Positions 59,652 through 64,000 of a DNA stretch of 64,000 nucleotides are shown here, piece by piece (position 1 is the stretch's first letter; the number at the start of each line of letters is the position of its first letter). Location: the NCBI GenBank assembly GCA_030704615.1, contig CM060733.1, positions 62,930,001-62,994,000 of the forward strand, read 5' to 3'. The position numbers and the translations under genes are program-made. A model generated the notes under the pieces. That model made no database searches and was not told the DNA's origin. It was given only the letters and a program-made list of their open reading frames with translations. This stretch comes from Takakia lepidozioides. Taxonomy: Eukaryota; Plantae; Bryophyta.

Positions 59652-62600
59652 ATGGCAGAAAACCCGAGCGCTATAGTGTACTGCTCTCCTCACGAGCATA
59701 GAGCTACATTTCCGTACAGAGGGGAGATCTGCCGGGTGATGGAGAAATATCTCTGCGTTCGATACCACCTGAAACCGGGGTCGGTATTTTTGGAGGAGGA
59801 AAGGAAGGATTCAAACGGAGTTGTAATCGAAAGTATTGTTGTGCTCCACGATGATTTCGGCGATGGCAGGGAATGGCGAGTTCCACCATCGGACAACGTC
59901 ATATACAGGGCTGTTGGGGACTTCATTTGCCCGCCAAATGCGCCTTCTATCCTGGCGCCTTCCACGAAACAATCCGCGAATCAGAGAGTGGGCACCTCAA
60001 AGAGAGAAGTCCGCAACGAAGTAAATCCAGAGCCGAACCCATCAATGAAGACGAGCGAGAACCGGGTTGTTCACAACCTGTCCAACTCCGACGAGGTCAT
60101 GGAAGTTTCGAGATCATCCTGGAGATCAGGCAAGTCCTCGATGGACATCAGCGGACGAGGGAGTCATATTCCCAGCACGAACACAGCATTTCGATCCATT
60201 CTTGAAATTCTGCGAGGGCTTCATATGGAGGGACACTGCTCGGAGCTGGCTAGGCTGGACTACAGCAAGTTCGCCATTAAATCCGTTACATGCCTTCCCG
60301 CAGACATCGACGGTAATATGTTCTTTGACTTCCCTCCTCGAATGGACTATTCGAGGGCGTCCGGAATGTTGACAGATATGGATAGGAAACATGACGGTCA
60401 TCCTTGGTGCGTCACCAAAACCACCAGCATGAAGATGCTCGATGGTATGCGGGTGCGCTACATTGTTTGTGCGGGCGCGTTGCGGTGTTTCTCTCCAACT
60501 TGCTTCCACTTTAAATCTAGAGGTCACAGGAACGAGACGGATTGGACAGGCACAACTCATCAACCATTTTGAGCTCAGGAGAAGGTTCCAAACTCCACAT
60601 TTAAGTGTGCGCATTGCAAAGAACCACCACATTGCATGTCTGTTTGTAATGCCAAGCAGTTCTATGTGTTGCACCGTTTCTCTGACCTCACACGAGCTTG
60701 CATACACGTTGGTTCCCATTGTCACAAATTGGCGAGGGGGAACTCGCGGGAGGCTGCCCACGAGGCAGAGCAGCTCGTTCAGGACGAGGTTAGGTTGAAA
60801 CCTGGTGCCAAACCCAAACAGATACAGCTGCAGGCCGCCCATAAGATGGCATTGGCCAAAATTATGTCGGAAGACGGCTCCGACAAAGTTCCTCTCGATG
60901 AGATGGAAATGGAGGCATTGCTGGAGTCGGTGTCCCACGTCTGTTCACCGAATGTCCAAAACCACATTGTCTCCTACAAATAGAAAATTGGGCGTGGCTC
61001 GGATATGCACTCCATTCTGGAGGTGAAGCGACGATGTGGATATGACTACATTCATGGAAGTAGGTTTCCTGGACAAGGGACTGAGGCAGATCGTTGTTTC
61101 GTATTCAAAATGTCCACGTGTGGGCCTGGCAGCGGCATCGAACTGGTCGACCGGATGACGAGTGGGGACTTGTCAAACAGTTGGGTCATGTTCGACCATA
61201 TCAAGCGAATTACAAATCACCAGTGGGTGACAATGGCTGCACATGTCTACAACATCCACTGCAGGATGCTAATGACAATTGCTATTTGTGAGATGAAAGG
61301 AGATGACACACAATCGGATATGCTTCTTTGGCAAGGAATAAACGAACAGATGGCCAGGGCGGGATTGCCCCCTCCCAATTTCCGTGGTTTCATGGCGGAC
61401 AACGCACAAGCAAATTGGGCTACCATCCGAAGGGTGTACGGGGAAGACCCCAATGTTCCGATGGAAGGCACGGAGAGATCTTGTGGGTTCCATTTTCTGC
61501 AGAGCTTGTCGCAGTACACAACCCGGCTCGTGGCGCCAGATTTCATAGAGGAGCACCGTTCCATGTGTCTTGCGTGGAAGCGTGCTCCCACCTTGGATGA
61601 TGTAGAGACACAATTTGCATGTATACGGGCTTGGTGGACAACGTCAGGTGCTGTAAAGAAATCAGACGAGGGAGTAATGGTCAGTTGGCTAGCATGGTGG
61701 CATTATCGTTTCCTCCAGTTCGGTGACTATATGCGGGAGGTGAGTTGGACGAATTCGCGTCCCGTTGAATATTATGCTACTCGTTATTTGTAACTTGCTT
61801 GTAACCTCAACATGTGCATGTGCAGGAAATGTGTCTGGACTCCGATACCGACATGCCGACAACAAACATGGCCGAATCAGTATATTCTTCCTGGCGTGTC
61901 TCATCTGCGGCGCATCTGGTGGACATCCTCACTGCCACAACGGAGGACATTGTCAGGTCAATTATGCAGCAATGCAGGTACAACGAGTTCTTGAAAGGGA
62001 AACAGTGGGGCTTGGGGCCGGACAGGCAGGAAATGCTGATGCGGACTGCCTCCAGATCGAAGAATCCTCGCAAGTGGGCGGCAGCCTTGCGAGAGGGCCT
62101 TTGGGACACGCCATTGCTTCGAAGAGGCCAACACTTGGAATGAGATGTTCACACCCGTCCAGTGAGACGAAGACTTGACGAGGCACCTGGCGGAGAAGAG
62201 GATTCATGGCGAGCTGACAAGAATATTCGCACGCTCCCTCGTGGTCCGGTGATGTTGCCCGAGGAGGTCTCGTCGAGCACCGCAAGTCCTGCACGTTCAA
62301 GATCGCCATCTCCTTTGAGCACAGGGCGCGTGCCCCGGCAACATAACGAGCCATCTGTAGTAAAGCAGTACAACATTCCCATTGTGGAGACAAGAGTGTC
62401 AAAGTCACAGTGGAGAATTGCGAGGACATTGCCGGGATTTCGAGGGAAGTGCTGCGCCATCCGGGTGGATACGAGAGCACGCTGTGGTGAGATGATTCGG
62501 AGGAACCCACACGGTGCTGTACCTGCACCTTGTTTCAGCGGCAGATTTTTGACTCCCACATTCTCTCATGCCACAACGCAGACGTTTTGGTTCTGTAGGC

Positions 62601-63244
62601 ACGACATAATGACCTGTGTATTTGGCAAGCCCAAGTACGAGATTCAGGGAATGCCGGAGCCTCCGGGCGTCTAGCCTGTTGCACCGGGTTGCAACCTCTC
62701 TCAGAATGAGGCGGATGCTCTTTCTGCAGCAGGATTTTGAATGGTGCAACGCACAGACGTTCCGGCCCACTCGTTTCCAGTTCCTCAGACCCAGCCATTG
62801 CAGACTGCTCGGTCCAGTAGAGACGGATTGGACAATTCTGCACATCCCACACTGCGATTCGGAAGAGTGAAGAGACGACACCCTCCCAACAAGTTGAATG
62901 AGACTCGGATTGCCAATGCTCTTGGGATGGCTTGCACTATTCAGAGCTCCGTGGACGTACCCCCACCCGGCCTTGGGCGTGTTTATCGGATTGCAACGGC
63001 CGGCTCAGCTGTACGCGACGACGTATACACAATTACGATTGGAGTGGAGCCGACTTGCAATTATACGGACTTCTCATTGATGGAAACAAATAAGGGGTCA
63101 AAGTATTATCCGTGCAAACATCTGTATTACATTTACCTGAAGAGGTTGAGGATGAACTTGACTATTGATGACTTTATTCATGCACCAGCGTTGAGCGTGA
63201 ACGAGCTGCACAAACTCCTCTGCCGGGATTCCAGAAATCATTGA
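59652..63244 (+). pseudogene. SWIM-domain MULE-type transposase with Cys/His-rich (GCM-like) N-terminal domain, four in-frame stops, one intron (about 61740-61826)
   Basis: CAGALRC...C, CAHC..C...C...RACIHVGSHCH; WVMFDHIKR, FMADNAQANW, SCGFHF, TTNMAESV; terminal TC..DF...CKHLYY. The ORFs share a frame on each side of the intron. Confidence 0.82.
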
Positions 63245-63514
63245 TGGGGAAAAGGGAATCCACCATATGGATATTTGCAATTGCATTTTGATGCATTAGA
63301 CTTTGTTTTGCAATGTAATGAAATTGCACCCCAAAACTCCTGGAATGAGACAGACAATATTAAAGTGATGTCTTTTAAACACTAGGGACTGCTGGATATC
63401 CGTTGACGTCCAGTGGCAATTCAATGTCGAAACAAAATCAATACAAAGATGGCGGTAGGAAAAATTTGCAAATCTTCCAGAAAACTGAGTTCCAACAGTT
63501 GCAGTTGAGGGGGC

Positions 63515-63870
63515 CATTTCTGGAAAAATGGCGCCGACTTTCCCTTTTTTGGGCCGAAAACTGGCTAAGTCCCAACATTGTCTGGAAACGATGTCTGGAA
63601 AAATGGCGCCGAATTTCCAGTTACATGGCCCAGAACTGCCCAACATTTGTGCAATGCCCGGCACCATGTACCGAAATTCGGCGCCACATTTCCAAATTTT
63701 GGGCTTACACTTCAATGAAGTTGGGACCTATAACCGCGAAATTCGGCACCATTTTTCGCCGGAGACACCTATTACCGCGCAATACGTCGCCGATTTTTCT
63801 GCTTGCGGAACCTATTACCGTGAAATTCGGCGCCATTTTTGCAAATGTCGCTCAGAATTCGCATGAGCGG
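63515..63870. repeat. Downstream subterminal-type repeats (AAAATGGCGCCGAATTT core)
   Basis: At least 6 copies in both orientations, with the same core as the upstream arrays. Confidence 0.8.
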
Positions 63871-64000
63871 AAGACGAAATATCATGAGCACGGCTCTCAA
63901 AACTACAATTTCTACTTCAAACAATGAATATTATATTGTTTTTTCCTGACACATCCCCATTAAAATAATGTTTTTAATGTTTTTTATTTGCAGAATTTGT

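Overview
Eukaryotic nuclear DNA, most likely from a non-seed land plant (moss-like; inferred from the Nup50 sequence, spliceosomal introns and the transposon families). About 90% of the window is nested transposable elements. In order: a CACTA element with divergent genes; a 716-codon intact Penelope-like (Naiad/Chlamys-type) reverse transcriptase followed by about 6.3 kb of non-coding DNA built from stacked inverted duplications of different ages and a repeated dyad motif (TTTCATCY-N5-RGATGAAA); two copies of a Ty3/gypsy chromovirus, one near full length with an aberrant 5' end; a decayed non-chromovirus Ty3 pol; a complete 11.5-kb Mutator-like element (about 400-bp TIRs, 9-bp TSD, SWIM transposase plus Ulp1-like gene); a non-LTR element with two tandem 2A-like peptides; copia gag and OSB pseudogene fragments; a Helitron-like concatemer carrying a tRNA-like module; a decayed LINE; and a second SWIM/MULE-type transposase flanked by palindrome arrays. 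The only clear intact host gene is nucleoporin Nup50 (52181-53389). The best candidate for a new system is the Penelope-like RT with its fold-back 3' region (about 5480-13916). All alignments were done by eye, so identities and diffuse boundaries are approximate.
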